From Zygnema circumcarinatum SAG 698-1b (lineage: Eukaryota > Plantae > Zygnematophyceae): DNA of 64,000 nucleotides. Made by a program: the position numbers and the translations under genes. Positions 35,477-47,035 of the stretch are shown here, in pieces. Under the pieces are notes generated by a model, which saw only the letters and a program-made list of their open reading frames with translations, ran no database searches and was not told the DNA's origin. The stretch spans positions 806,001 through 870,000 of the forward strand of contig CM074805.1 of the NCBI GenBank assembly GCA_037447605.1, in the 5' to 3' direction. Position 1 is the stretch's first letter. The number at the start of each line of letters is the position of its first letter.

Positions 35477-38400
35477 TCACCTCCCTTGCCGAGGCTCCTC
35501 TTCCATGAGGGGTTTCCTGCCAAGGCTCCCCAAGAGGCTCTCCCACGCTTTCCTCCCCCACTCTGCATCCTTCGCCAGAACGCTCCCTTCTGACGGAATA
35601 CCTCTTTGGACCTTCGGGCGAACAGCTCCATTCCCTTTCTGTACTTCCTCATATTGAATCCCCCGGCCAACCAGCCAACCCATGGCCCGTCACTCCCCAG
35701 TAAGTACAGGAAGGTGGGACGAAGGGCAACCATATCTGCTCATTGGTTAAGGCAAGGACCAAACCCGGCCCACTGAAGGTACAGTGAGTGAGTTCATGCA
35801 AAAAATATCTGCCATTCTTCATACTGGAGGCTGTATCAGGGAAATCCTGCTCGTTCCAAACCGCTAGGGAAGTAAGTGGTTTAGGAAAGTAATACTGGCA
35901 ACGCTGGAGATGTAAGAGTGCGGCAACAAGGAAAAATCCCCGGACAAATACATTAGCTTCCATAAAGAAGCAAGATCCTACTAGACATCAGGAGTTACGA
36001 ATAGGCAGTGCGAAATTAGAATGACGAGGTGGACGAAAAGAGCTAAGAGAATTGAGCTTCCCCACACAGCAGGACTATCAAGTACAGCAAAGGCTTTGAA
36101 CTGTGCAAACACGAGAAGGCTGCAAGTGAATGACACAGAGGCCTTTCACATTCAGTAGGTCTACTGCTGTGCTCCCTGAATCATAATTATAAGGATTCAA
36201 ATGCCAAAAAATGAAGCCACTAGAGCAGCCTTCGCAATAAAAATGAAGTATTGCAATTGATTTCTCAGAGTAGATAGATATCTTTGATCGAAGTTAGCTT
36301 CACGAGTTCTGCAAGTGTGGCCTAAGTCCAAAAAAATGCGCGATCACTTTTGACTCCAAAAGATAGGAGCGCCTTTGACAACAAGAGCCCCAAGGCCATA
36401 GGATACAAAGCCTAACAAAAATGTTAGCGGGGGAAGCCATGATACACGGGCACCTTTCAATGCTCTGCCATTGTTGGAGAGAATTGTCTTTTGGAAAATG
36501 GAATTTCTTTCATTAATGTAGTATCAACCAGTTCTCGCTAAACATTATTCTACAAAATCCTCATCGCTAGAAATAACTGCTGCTGGATAAGGTGCTGCAC
36601 CATAGGCTCTATCCTACGAACCTGGAAACGTGGCTATGGCAACTGAGCTGCTGCGTAGCAACACTAATGGCCGCTTTGATAAAGCCGACCCGCATTGTGT
36701 TGACACAACTATCGAATTTTAAAGTTCGATGGCCGTTCGGTCACTTAGGGTACCAAAATTGAGATCTCACCGAAATAAATATGCTTCTGAGTGCGTGCTT
36801 TAAAAAAGCGGAGATTTTGTCTGTGCTCACCTCCACTACAGCTGACTGCTTGTTTGAAGGTGACAGCGGCGATTTGAAATTGATCGTATTCGGCGCATCA
36901 GACGTGAGAGCAGTATCTTGCTGTCCTTCCTGCTTCGACTGTGAAGCCTCCTCTTCCTCTCCAGGGGCCACACCATTACTGGAGGAACTCTCATTCTCCT
37001 GCGCTCCGCCAGTACCACCTCTAATCTCAAACTTCTCCTCATTATTAACTGCAATCACCTCACTGCCATCCCTAACTTCATGACTGCCTTCATCCAGAGG
37101 TCGACGTTTTTCCAAGTTCTCCACCGTCTCTTCCCCTTTGTCATCCTGCAATCCACTGTGCGCTTCTCCCTTGTTCTCTTCGTCCAAAATCTGGTCAATC
37201 AGCGCAATTGTCTCCTCCAAGACCTCAAGGGCACCTATTGCCTGTCCCTCAGCTTCTACCCCAACATCAATAGCAGCACTTTCATTGGGTGCATTATCCA
37301 CAGCCTCGTCGCTCACCTCCTCCGCTGCACTCTTAGCTGATGCAATCATGGTCGCCTCCTCCTCCATCGTCAGTGGTGGAAGTTCTTCGTCATCCCATGG
37401 AAACCGAAGCAGCTGAGCAGAAGGGCCTGCTGAAATATCAAAAGACTTATTTGGACCAGGGCACCATTCCACTTCCCCTCGCTTTCCGAGGAGGACAAAC
37501 TTGAACTCTGCTTTAGTGCCGGCAGGCACTTCCTGCACAATAGCCAAAAAGATACATCTTCGAATGATTGAAGAATCAAACAGAACCTGATTCACTTCAA
37601 GCACGACAGGCAAGGCATCAAGGATGAAGAATCCTTAAACAGCGATGGCTTGCACTTGAAAGCAATAGAAAATGCAGTTCCTTATGAAAATTGTCCGAAA
37701 ACACAAAACTGATGATCCATGCACAGCACTTTCAGCTAGAAAGCGCTCTCTTTGAGTAAACCAATACTGAAGAGATGACGTCAGGCCAACCCAGCTCTGT
37801 GATATTGAACTAGTTAAGAAGACGCATCGCATTGCCCTTACAATCTGTGTAGTCCATACGTCGCCCTCTGACCATTGCATCTTAATGGCGCTTTCCAGAT
37901 TCCAAAGGCCCAGGATGTCTTGATCGCCGCAGACATAAAACTTCTGACCAAAGTAGCACTGCCTGATCAGCTGAAGTGTCACTTGCACAGTAGAGCCTGT
38001 CGTGGCACAGAGGATCAACAAATGAGTCCTTAGACAAAAATTGGAGTAACTTGACGAAACTGGACGATGAAAAAACGAATTTCTGGAAGCAAGCGGTAAA
38101 CTCTTTCAGCTGCCTCGTACGCTTGACAGAAGTGGTGGTGCTTCCATAGTTCTAAGGAATTCATGCTGTTGAATACGAAGACTGCAAGTCCAACTACAAC
38201 CGCATATGGCGTTAAACATTTGATGTTATAGGGACTGCGGTAAATGCTTCAGATGAGAAACGTCAACAAACCATGTAGTAGGCAGATCAAGGCAATACAG
38301 AAACCGAGAACAAAAGTATGTGTAAGCTGTCAAAAAACAAGTATTTGCACACAGACTGGAAGGGAAACCCATCGAATAAAATAAAGGCTCACCTTTCTTT

Positions 38401-39147
38401 ACCGAGTCAGTAGAATCAGCGGAATCCTCGGCAACCTGCACAACCCATGCCAGCAAGGAGAAAAGGTTCACTAAAGGTCAAGTTTAAATCTTGCCTCAAA
38501 GTGAGTTCAGTGACTATTCTACTATTAGTTAACAAACACTGTCGCAGTTCGTCACGATGCCTTCCGGAAACATGATAGGCCAGTTGTAAAGAGAAAGACG
38601 GCATTGAATTTACATTATCTCAGCCTTACAAAAAGAACACGCAGCAGAGCGGATTTTACCCTCATTCTTGCAGTCGGTGCTTCAGACCAAAAAAAGAAAA
38701 TCCGGACGACCAGCATGCACAGTTCGCACCCGTCGTACATTAGCCCCTCTCAAAGCTCTAACTTGCTGAGCCTATTCGGGACTTCCTACAAATTTGCAAA
38801 CGTTCCATCTCTCGATTTCAAGAAACAGTAACAGATTCTCTCGCCTCCAAAAAGCCCGTTCCCACTGCCAATTTTTTGGTCATTACCTGAGCCACAACAC
38901 GTCCATTCCGCTGCCTGGCCTGCCTGAGCCTTCCCTTCCGTGACTGGCTGCTCCAAAGCCCTTCCGCGCCGAGACCTGCAAGCAGCCTCTGCTTCGAGCT
39001 CCACTTCCCACTTTCCTGCCGCACTTCAACTGCGCACAGAACAGTCTTCGATTCCCCCCGCTTCGAAGACGCGGCCTTATCAGCAGCCACTGTCGCTTCC
39101 GCTGACCTGCAGATTACAGTCATCCGCCAACATTCCGCCGCCGCCAT
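35477..39147 (-). CDS. CBM20 starch-binding-domain protein with probable plastid transit peptide (family like At5g01260); multi-exon, internal exons partly unresolved
   Basis: VQVTLQLIRQCYFGQKFYVCGDQDILGLWNLESAIKMQWSEGDVWTTQI|EVPAGTKAEFKFVL...VEWCPGPNK (CBM20), acidic linker 36780-37400, C-terminal exon VLAKDAEWGRKAWESLLGSLG. Confidence 0.82.
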
Positions 39148-39149
39148 GT

Positions 39150-39345
39150 TTCCTCCTCCTCCTCACCTCCCTCTCCTCCCCTACCTCTCCTCCCCGCCCC
39201 TCCTCCTTCACTCCCTCTCCTTCCACCCCTACCTCCTCCCCCTTCTCTCCCCTCTCCTCTCCTCCCCTCTCCCCTCTCCCCTCTCCCTCTCCCTCGCCCT
39301 CTCCCTCTCCCTCTCCCTCGCCCTCTCCCTCTCCCCCCCCCCCCT
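39150..39345. repeat. CT-rich simple repeat (CTCTCC-type) in the 5' region of the CBM20 gene
   Basis: Directly visible. Confidence 0.9.
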
Positions 39346-40309
39346 GCACTTGGCCCCAGATCCCGTCCCGGCCCGCGGCCGTTGGCTCTGCGGCCAATGG
39401 GCGCCCTCTGCTCTGCGCCATCGAGGGAAAATCGGGACCCCAAATATCACGTCGCGATACCGTCAGGAGGATCCGATATGTTATCCATATTGCGATACCC
39501 GTAATGTCGGTTTGATTCCGTATCGTATCGTTACGCTCCCTGGGAAATTTTAGCGCGGTGTTCCGTTCGCCGTTGAATTCGCAGACGGTGTTGACATGGA
39601 ACCGTTTTGCTTACGGGACTGAATTTGAAGTGTGCTTGTTCGACTGCGACAGGCCTTGTGTGGGAGAGGGAAGCAAGGAGAGGGAGGGGAAGGATTGAAG
39701 GCGTGGAGAGTGGTAGAGGGGCAGGCGAAGGGACGAATGGGTCCGACAAATTGGGGCACGGGGAAATTTGAGGGAAGAAATTGGGGGACGAGTGAAAGGG
39801 GGGACACAGGCTGGGCAGAGGCCGAAGGGAATGGAGGGAGGGAGGGGAGGGAGAGGGAGGAAGGAGGGAGAGAGCGAGAGAACTAGTTAGTTAGGGAAGG
39901 AAAAGGGGGGAGGGGGGTAGTTGGTTAGCTTGTTACTTAGTTGGGTGTGTTAATTAGCTACTTTGCTAAAAATGGAGAGAGGTGAGGTAGGCTTAATGAC
40001 ATGGTCCATGCCATCACTTGACCTCCTTCCAGGATGAACCACTCAATCGTTCAGAGCAGCTGTCATTCTCATAAATCGAGACTATATGACAAAGCTCAGA
40101 TTACAATACACACAATTTTCCTGTATGAACCAGGACCCTGATGGAATCTGCTCCGGTTTTCGCTAAAGGAAAGAGGGTCATAACTTTTGGTTGGACGTGT
40201 GATACTGTATGCGAGTGCAATGACCTTCCACAACGTCAATTTTGGACCTCATCTAAAGCTTTATGCTTCAAAAAGCATAAAGCTTTAGATGAGCTTTTTT
40301 TCGTTGTTG

Positions 40310-42851
40310 TCAGGAATGAGCTTTCATACGAACAAGCGACTCATGAATGTACGCCACTTCAACACACGTCGGGTCGTAGTAATTTGGTTCGCTCTGATAC
40401 GTCAAGTACCCGAGAGCCTCCATCCTCCCAAACAGCAACTCCGCCCTCTGGACGTTGTCTATCCTGCAACAAGGGAGCAAAACTCGAAGGTTCCCATCCC
40501 AAAATACACAAACTGTCAGTAATCATTTTAGCCACAACATACTGCTCTCCCACTGGGAGATTGATGGCAAGCAACTTACTGTTACTGCTTCGGAATCAGC
40601 AACAACAGAAGTTAGAGCTGCTGGGGCTATATATATATATATATATATATATTCTATGACTTACTTTGTTGCCATTCTTATAGTAGTATTTCGTCCATTT
40701 CGTTCCTCCTTACCAGCAAAAAAAAAAAAAAGGGTAGGGTTCTGTGCATACCTCTGCACCTCCATGAGAACTTGGCCAAACAACGGTTTGTTTCGATTTT
40801 GCGTCTTTTCCAGGCGCATTACCACGCTGTACTCGCACCCTTCACAGTCGATCTTGAAAATGTCAACAAACGAATGGTTCAACATGGCCATAACGTTTTC
40901 TATGTACATAAACTTTGCTCCCTCTGAAAGAAACGGGAGGTCCTTAGAGTCCTCGAGCATGTCGTCTGACCCCGAAAGGCCAATATTGTAAAATCGGATG
41001 TGTTTCCGGAGAGACATTCGCTGTGTCTCGTTCACCGTCAAGGTCGGGTCGAAAGTGTATGTTCGCACTTGAAAAAGACTAAAAAGGTCATTTTCAAATT
41101 CAGTCTTCAGCTTTGAACCTACACTGCAAGACCCTCAAGCAACACACGTCAGTGCAATTTTTCTAACCTCAAAACCCCCAAAGTGACATCCTACCTCCCC
41201 CCAAAAAGTCCATCCATGTTCGCAGCTATGGAAAAAGCTGTATCTCTCCTCGAAAAGCACCCCATGGCAAGTTGTCAATACTGAAGAGAATGGCTTTCTC
41301 CTCGCACCTGTACACGACGGGCGGGATGGAGCGATAAGTGCTGTTAATATGACAGATCCACTGTAACCAATACAGAAACAGGAGACATCAACCAGACTGA
41401 CACTGGAACACTGTCCTTTCTCAAGCCGCCTATGTGGAGGCTACTACCACTCAGGCCAACCCCCTCTCCCACTTCCATCCACTAAGTATACATTGGTAAG
41501 GAAAAGTATACTCATGTTCCAAGCCCCCATTCCGATAATGCAAACTTCATCTACTGCTTGCCGGTTTGGAATTTGGAATTTAGCTACATTTTCCAACAAG
41601 GAACAGTCAACAGATCCACAAGCGCTCCTGCTAAACAAATTTGAAAAGAGTGAAGAAGTTCAGCAGAAAAAAACGAAATTCGCCTTTTGTTTAAGCAGAC
41701 AGGGTCTTCCAATAATCTCATCGTAAATGTTCCTCTTTTTCTTATCATAAATTAACCGTAACTTATATAGGCACAACATGCCGATGCTATTCACAAGTCC
41801 GTCCTTCTCCCACACCTCCCTCCCCATTCCCCATCCCCATCCTTCCCCTCCCTCTGCCCCCCTCACCCCGCGTTTGATTCTCAAATTTGAAGGGGAGAAG
41901 AGGGGAAAGAAAAAGAAAGGAAAGGAAAGGAACGGATGAGAGAGAGAGAGAGAGGAAGAGAAAGAAAGAGAAAGATCACCTTGCCACCGTCGGCCCATAC
42001 GCCTATGCGCATGAGACGCGGGCATGGATAGACGGGAAAGAGGTAGCGATTGGCGAGCGATTCCCGCTCCTTCTTAACTTTCAGTCTATCAATGATGTGG
42101 GTGGGGACTAGCTTCCCCTTGTACAGGACGCCCGGCTTCGGCTCCCAACGAGGCCAAGCTTGCCTCCTCCGCCACAACTGTTGCTGCGGTGGAAGGAACG
42201 CGATTCAATTTTAGAGTTTAGCTCCATCTAAACACAGTAAAATTTGTACAGTACAATCAGTTCAGCCCAGCTCAGTTCAATCCAGTACAGGTCAGTCTAG
42301 CTCTCTCTGATTCATGGGACAGCAGACAAATCTAAGATTGAAACTGTCTGAAAATAGTGACCTGATAAACTCAGCGATATTGAGCAAGAAATTCAGGAAG
42401 AGAACTAAGGCGATGCTGACGATACTAGCAAGTGCAGAGACTACGTTCATGACTACGGTGATGCAGCAAATTTACTGATCTAAGAACCGAAAGAACACGA
42501 AAGGCGGAGCGTGCTGACCTTGTAGGTCGTCCATGCGGCGACCAGCGAGGAATCCTGTTCAGAGTTGTTGCCCCCAGCCACGGACAGGTGCTCCTGCTGC
42601 TGCACGCCTGCTCCCGCCTCGAGGTTTGCATCCTCCCTGGCTACCATGGCGGCGCTGCAGATGGGCTCCAGGGAGAGGTACAGGCTGGAGCTGGCGGCCA
42701 CGCCGTACAGCACCACGCAGCCCGCCGCCAGGGCCGCCAGGAGCCACAGCAGGCGGCTGCTGCCCACCTGTGACCATATAGACAGCGCAAAATTCGAGTT
42801 AGTTTTAGGGTTACTATTCAGGACGAGATTTTCACCCTCCGTCATGTCCAT
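40310..42851 (-). CDS. Methyltransf_22/METTL24-like (FkbM-related) SAM-dependent methyltransferase with N-terminal membrane anchor; multi-exon, middle exons unresolved
   Basis: TM segment LLWLLAALAAGCVVLYGVAA; YPCPRLMRIGVWADGGK; TYTFDPT; IRFYNIGL; LNHSFVDIFKIDCEGCEY; FGQVLMEV; YQSEPNYYDPTCVEVAYI, stop at 40312-40310. Confidence 0.82.
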
Positions 42852-43134
42852 GACTTCCTACCTCCCTCCTCCTCTCCTCTCCCCTCTCTCCTCTCCTCTC
42901 CACTCCACTCTCTCTCTTCCCCTCCCTCTTCCTCCCTCCGTACGCTGGTATCAGCCTACGCAAGCGGCGCCGAACGCGTGAATGCGGCCTTGACTTGCGG
43001 GTTGCGACTATAGATCCGTATTATACACTTTGAGGTTGAAAGTTGAAAGAAAAAAGTGAAAGTTAGTGTAAGTGATGAAAGTTTGCTTTTCTTTGATTTT
43101 TTTTTTTTTTTTTTTTTTTTTCTTTTCTTTTCTT

Positions 43135-43866
43135 TTCACAACCTAACCGAATCCGTACGCCACATAAAACACGCCGTCGTACGTACAAAGTGACACGTGG
43201 CAATGACAGAATAAGTACGCGATCTACCCCATTTTCGGCGCATTCGATCCAACGAAAAGCACAACCAGTAAGGACGCGCAACGTGGCAAAGTCAGACTCG
43301 CGGCAACTATACCCCATTTCTTTTCTTTTCTTTGAGGTTTAATACAATGTATAATACAGTATTAATACAGTATTTTACATTGTATAAAACCCAAACGCAA
43401 CTGTTAACACCCGTACAACCAGACATAGAGTCGTACGGAATTTATGTACCATATTTGTGTACGAAACTATACGGCCACACGTGTCACACGTGTGGCCCGT
43501 CACACGTGTTGAGGTGCTGGTTGGCCAATAATCAATCTCCGTTCAATTAGCGAGAAATCAAAAGAAAATACGTTAAATACATATAAAATACACTGTATTT
43601 GCGTTGCCGTAGGCAAAAGCTTTGCGGTCGTTTTGATCCGTACGACGGGTTCGATTATGTTGTCAAAGATTAATTTAATGAAAATGGGGTATAGTTGCCG
43701 CGAGTCTGACTTTGCCACGTTGCGCGTCCTTACTGGTTGTGCTTTTCGTTGGATCGAATGCGCCGAAAATGGGGTAGATCGCGTACTTATTCTGTCATTG
43801 CCACGTGTCACTTTGTATGTACGACGGCGTGTTTTATGTGGCGTACGGATTCGGTTAGGTTGTGAA
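43135..43866. repeat. 185-bp inverted repeat (arms 43135-43319 and 43682-43866, 1 mismatch), 362-bp spacer
   Basis: Arms compared base by base; identical ORF translations on opposite strands (43063-43317 minus and 43633-43872 plus). A diverged tandem copy of the right arm follows at ~43868-44020. Confidence 0.95.
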
Positions 43867-44167
43867 GGATGAATTTAATGAAATTGCGGTATAATTTCCG
43901 CGAGTCTGACGTTGCCACGTCGCGCGTTCTGATTGGTTGTGCGTTTCGTCGGATCGAATGCGTAGAAAATGGGGTATATCGCGTACTGATTTTGTCATTG
44001 CCACGCAAGTCTTTTCTATGCAACGACAGTTTTTGGCTTTGAATGTTTTACGGACGTATTGTTGTAAATAGGGTATTTGCGCAGAGTGTTTAAAGTGGCC
44101 ACGTNGTGCATTNCTATTTNTTANCACGNACGGNATCTGTTATACTNCNTNTCCAGTCAAAAATTGC

Positions 44168-44736
44168 CACCTTGNAAATGTAGTGTGTTTTTGAATGTCT
44201 GTTATCCAGTCAGGTGTTGCCACGTAGCCCTAAAATGGGAAATTAAAAACCACACACAACTGGGTGAAAACAGAATGAGGCTCATTCCTGTTTCGCAGTT
44301 TGTGTGGTTTTTAACAAAAATAAAAAATCAATCTAAATATTACAACATGAGCACGAACGGAATTAGTTATAATTCTTATCCAGTCAGAAATTGCCACGTT
44401 GGTACTGTAGTGTGTTTTTGGATGTCTGTTATCCAATCAGGTGTTGCCACGTAGCCCTAAAATGGGAAAAAAACCAAAAAAAAACCACACACAAACTGCG
44501 CCGACAGAATGTGGACACATTCTGTCTTGCAGTTTGTGTGTGGATAAAAAAAAAACACAATGAATCTAAATATTATTAACATGTGGGTCTCATGTTGTAT
44601 ATATTAGATTTTGTTTGTTTGTAAAAGTCACACACAAAAATACACACACACACAAACACACACACACACACACACACGCCCACACACACACTCACACACA
44701 CACACACACATTCACCCACACACACACACTCTCTCT

Positions 44737-44772
<36 letters not shown>

Positions 44773-44907
44773 TTCACACTCACAGAAAAAGAAAAAAAAA
44801 AACATAATCAATCTAAATATTACAACATGTGGCCTCATGTTGTATTTATTAGTTTGATTTTTTGTTTTTTTTTTTTTTGTTTGTAAAAGTCACACACGAA
44901 AATACTC

Positions 44908-44947
<40 letters not shown>

Positions 44948-44972
44948 TCACCCACACACACACACTCTCTCT

Positions 44973-45014
<42 letters not shown>

Positions 45015-45073
45015 TTCACACTCACAGAAAAAGAAAAAAAAAAACATAATCAATCTAAATATTACAACATGTG
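44168..45073. repeat. Two diverged ~230-bp tandem units (44168-44400, 44405-44600) followed by two ~250-bp (CA)n-rich units
   Basis: TGTAGTGTGTTTTTG.ATGTCTGTTATCCA.TCAGGTGTTGCCACGTAGCCCTAAAATGGGA twice; CA tracts with the shared tail CAGAAAAAGAAAAAAAAAAACATAATCAATCTAAATATTACAACATGTG twice. Confidence 0.88.
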
Positions 45074-46026
45074 NNNNNNNNNNAAGCGAGGCAACGCTGA
45101 AGGGCGACGGAAATACGTTGTCGATAAAAGGTAGCCAAGATCGCCGGAGGAGGGCTTCCGGGGCCGTGCATCTCGAAAGAGCGATGGGCGCACTGGCGAA
45201 GGAAGGTATCCAAACGGGTGTCAAGGCAGCCAAAAATACACTAATTACAGCCATTAATACACGCGTTTGATACATACGGATCTATAGTTGCGACAAAAAA
45301 TGATGACATCATCGAGGACCTCATTTGGGGTGTAAAGATTAGACTTCACAAGCTGAATCCAGAACGCGTACTCCGCTGACATAGCGATCCTGCAGAAGGG
45401 AAGTACCTTATTTCCGTAACTTTCGTTTTCGTAAGATTTTGTTGTCGGGCACCACTTTTACCGTACGTGTCGTACGGCATCTCGCTACAAGACAAACATT
45501 TTAGCTGCGTCGTGTGCACGGAAATGCGTGACGCCGCTCTACGGGGTTCCATGTGTCGCCACGACAGTTCCAGAAGCGTGCGCGGAGCGTCAACCAGTCG
45601 CGCTCCATGCTTACACGTGGGACGTTTTTTTTTTTTTTTACGGTATCCGTCAACCAATACTATACAGCCCTACAGCCAGCCATACAGGCCATAGAGCAGC
45701 CGGTGACCTTCGCGGCTGCTTCTAGGGGCTGCGTTGTTGGCGTAGCTTTTCGCTCCTACCTTCATTCTTTTGTGCTTAGGTCCTTTGCGACCAGTCCCTC
45801 GTGGTTCCTCATGCTGCTGTTGTCCATGTACTAATGATCGCCTTGCCATCGTGAGATCAATGCCACTTTCACTCCATGTACGGCGTACATTGTGTGGCAG
45901 TTAAATTTCCTCCGGTTGTAATTCGTGCATATGTATCCTAAGTGCTGCTCCACCTTTCCGCATGTTCACCTTTGCACTTTACACCTACTACCGTAAAACC
46001 GAACAGGTTGAGAAAACCACTCAACT

Positions 46027-47035
46027 TGTTAGTGTATGATAGTTAGCATGGTTTTGTTGGAACATTAGTTTTGTGTGTTTGTGTTGTGTGTTTCCTTGGC
46101 GGCGGTGCGCGCCTAAGTTAGTAGGCGGCGGTACGGACATTTGGTCGGTGGAAGAGGCGCGGCGCGGCGGAGTCAGAAGTGACGAGGCGCGACGCGACGA
46201 ATCGGAAAGTGACGTGGCGCGGACGCGGCCGCGGAGCGAATTGAAGATGTGGCGCGACGCGCGAATCTGCGCGCGAATCGGAAGTGACGCGGCGCGGCGT
46301 CAACCTTTGGATTGAACGATTCGGACTTGACGCGATGCGGCGTCAAAATGTCGGCGCGCGATTCATCATTGTACGGAGCGGCGTCAGATGTCGGTGGCGT
46401 GCGACGACGCGGAGTTTGACGCGTCATCAATCTTGGAGGCGGAGTCAGATCCTACGGCGCAAGACGTGGATTAGCTTAGAGGCCGAGTCGGATCTGACGG
46501 AGGAAACGTACGGGATCCGTGTGAGCCGACGAGGATCCGACGGCGCAGGATGAGGATCGGGATAGGGCCCTTGCGGGCCGCTAGCCGATGTTGTGAGCTT
46601 CGTTGTATGGTAGTGTCACGGATGTTGTGACATCGTATATAGTGTGTTGTTTTGTTTGGTTGATAATCTTTAACTTCTGGATCACCAGCGTAGCTATTGT
46701 AGACTCTGAGAAGCTGTTGCTCGTGTTGCTTAACACTACACTTGCTTGTGCTGCGAGGTAGTGGGCTTTTGAGTTTATTGGGCTAGTTGAGAGGGGGTCT
46801 CTCAATTGTGGTGTTAAGATCATTATTAAGGAGTTTTAGAGCCGAGAGCTTTCTCCTATCCTTTTCTCTCTGTTATTCCGCTGTGCATATTCTGAGAGGT
46901 TCACTCTGTGAGTAAAATGGGCTATGAGTGAATGTGAGAGTTTGGGAAATGTCATCATCGATTGGAACGCGAACTCCGATGGAAGGTGATGCGAGTGGAG
47001 AAGCCGGCAGCAGTGGAGGAGTCCCTCCACCAACA
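46027..47035 (+). repeat. 5' LTR of copia-2 (1009 bp)
   Basis: Near-identical to 51405-52411. Confidence 0.97.

Noticed and set aside
44576-45275. His-Thr and Cys-Val repeat ORFs
   Set aside because: Translations of (CA)n tracts.
43001-45294. 21-bp imperfect inverted pair GTTGCGACTATAGATCCGTAT / ATACGGATCTATAGTTGCGAC as TIRs
   Set aside because: Two mismatches, no TSD, and an assembly gap between them; cannot support one element.
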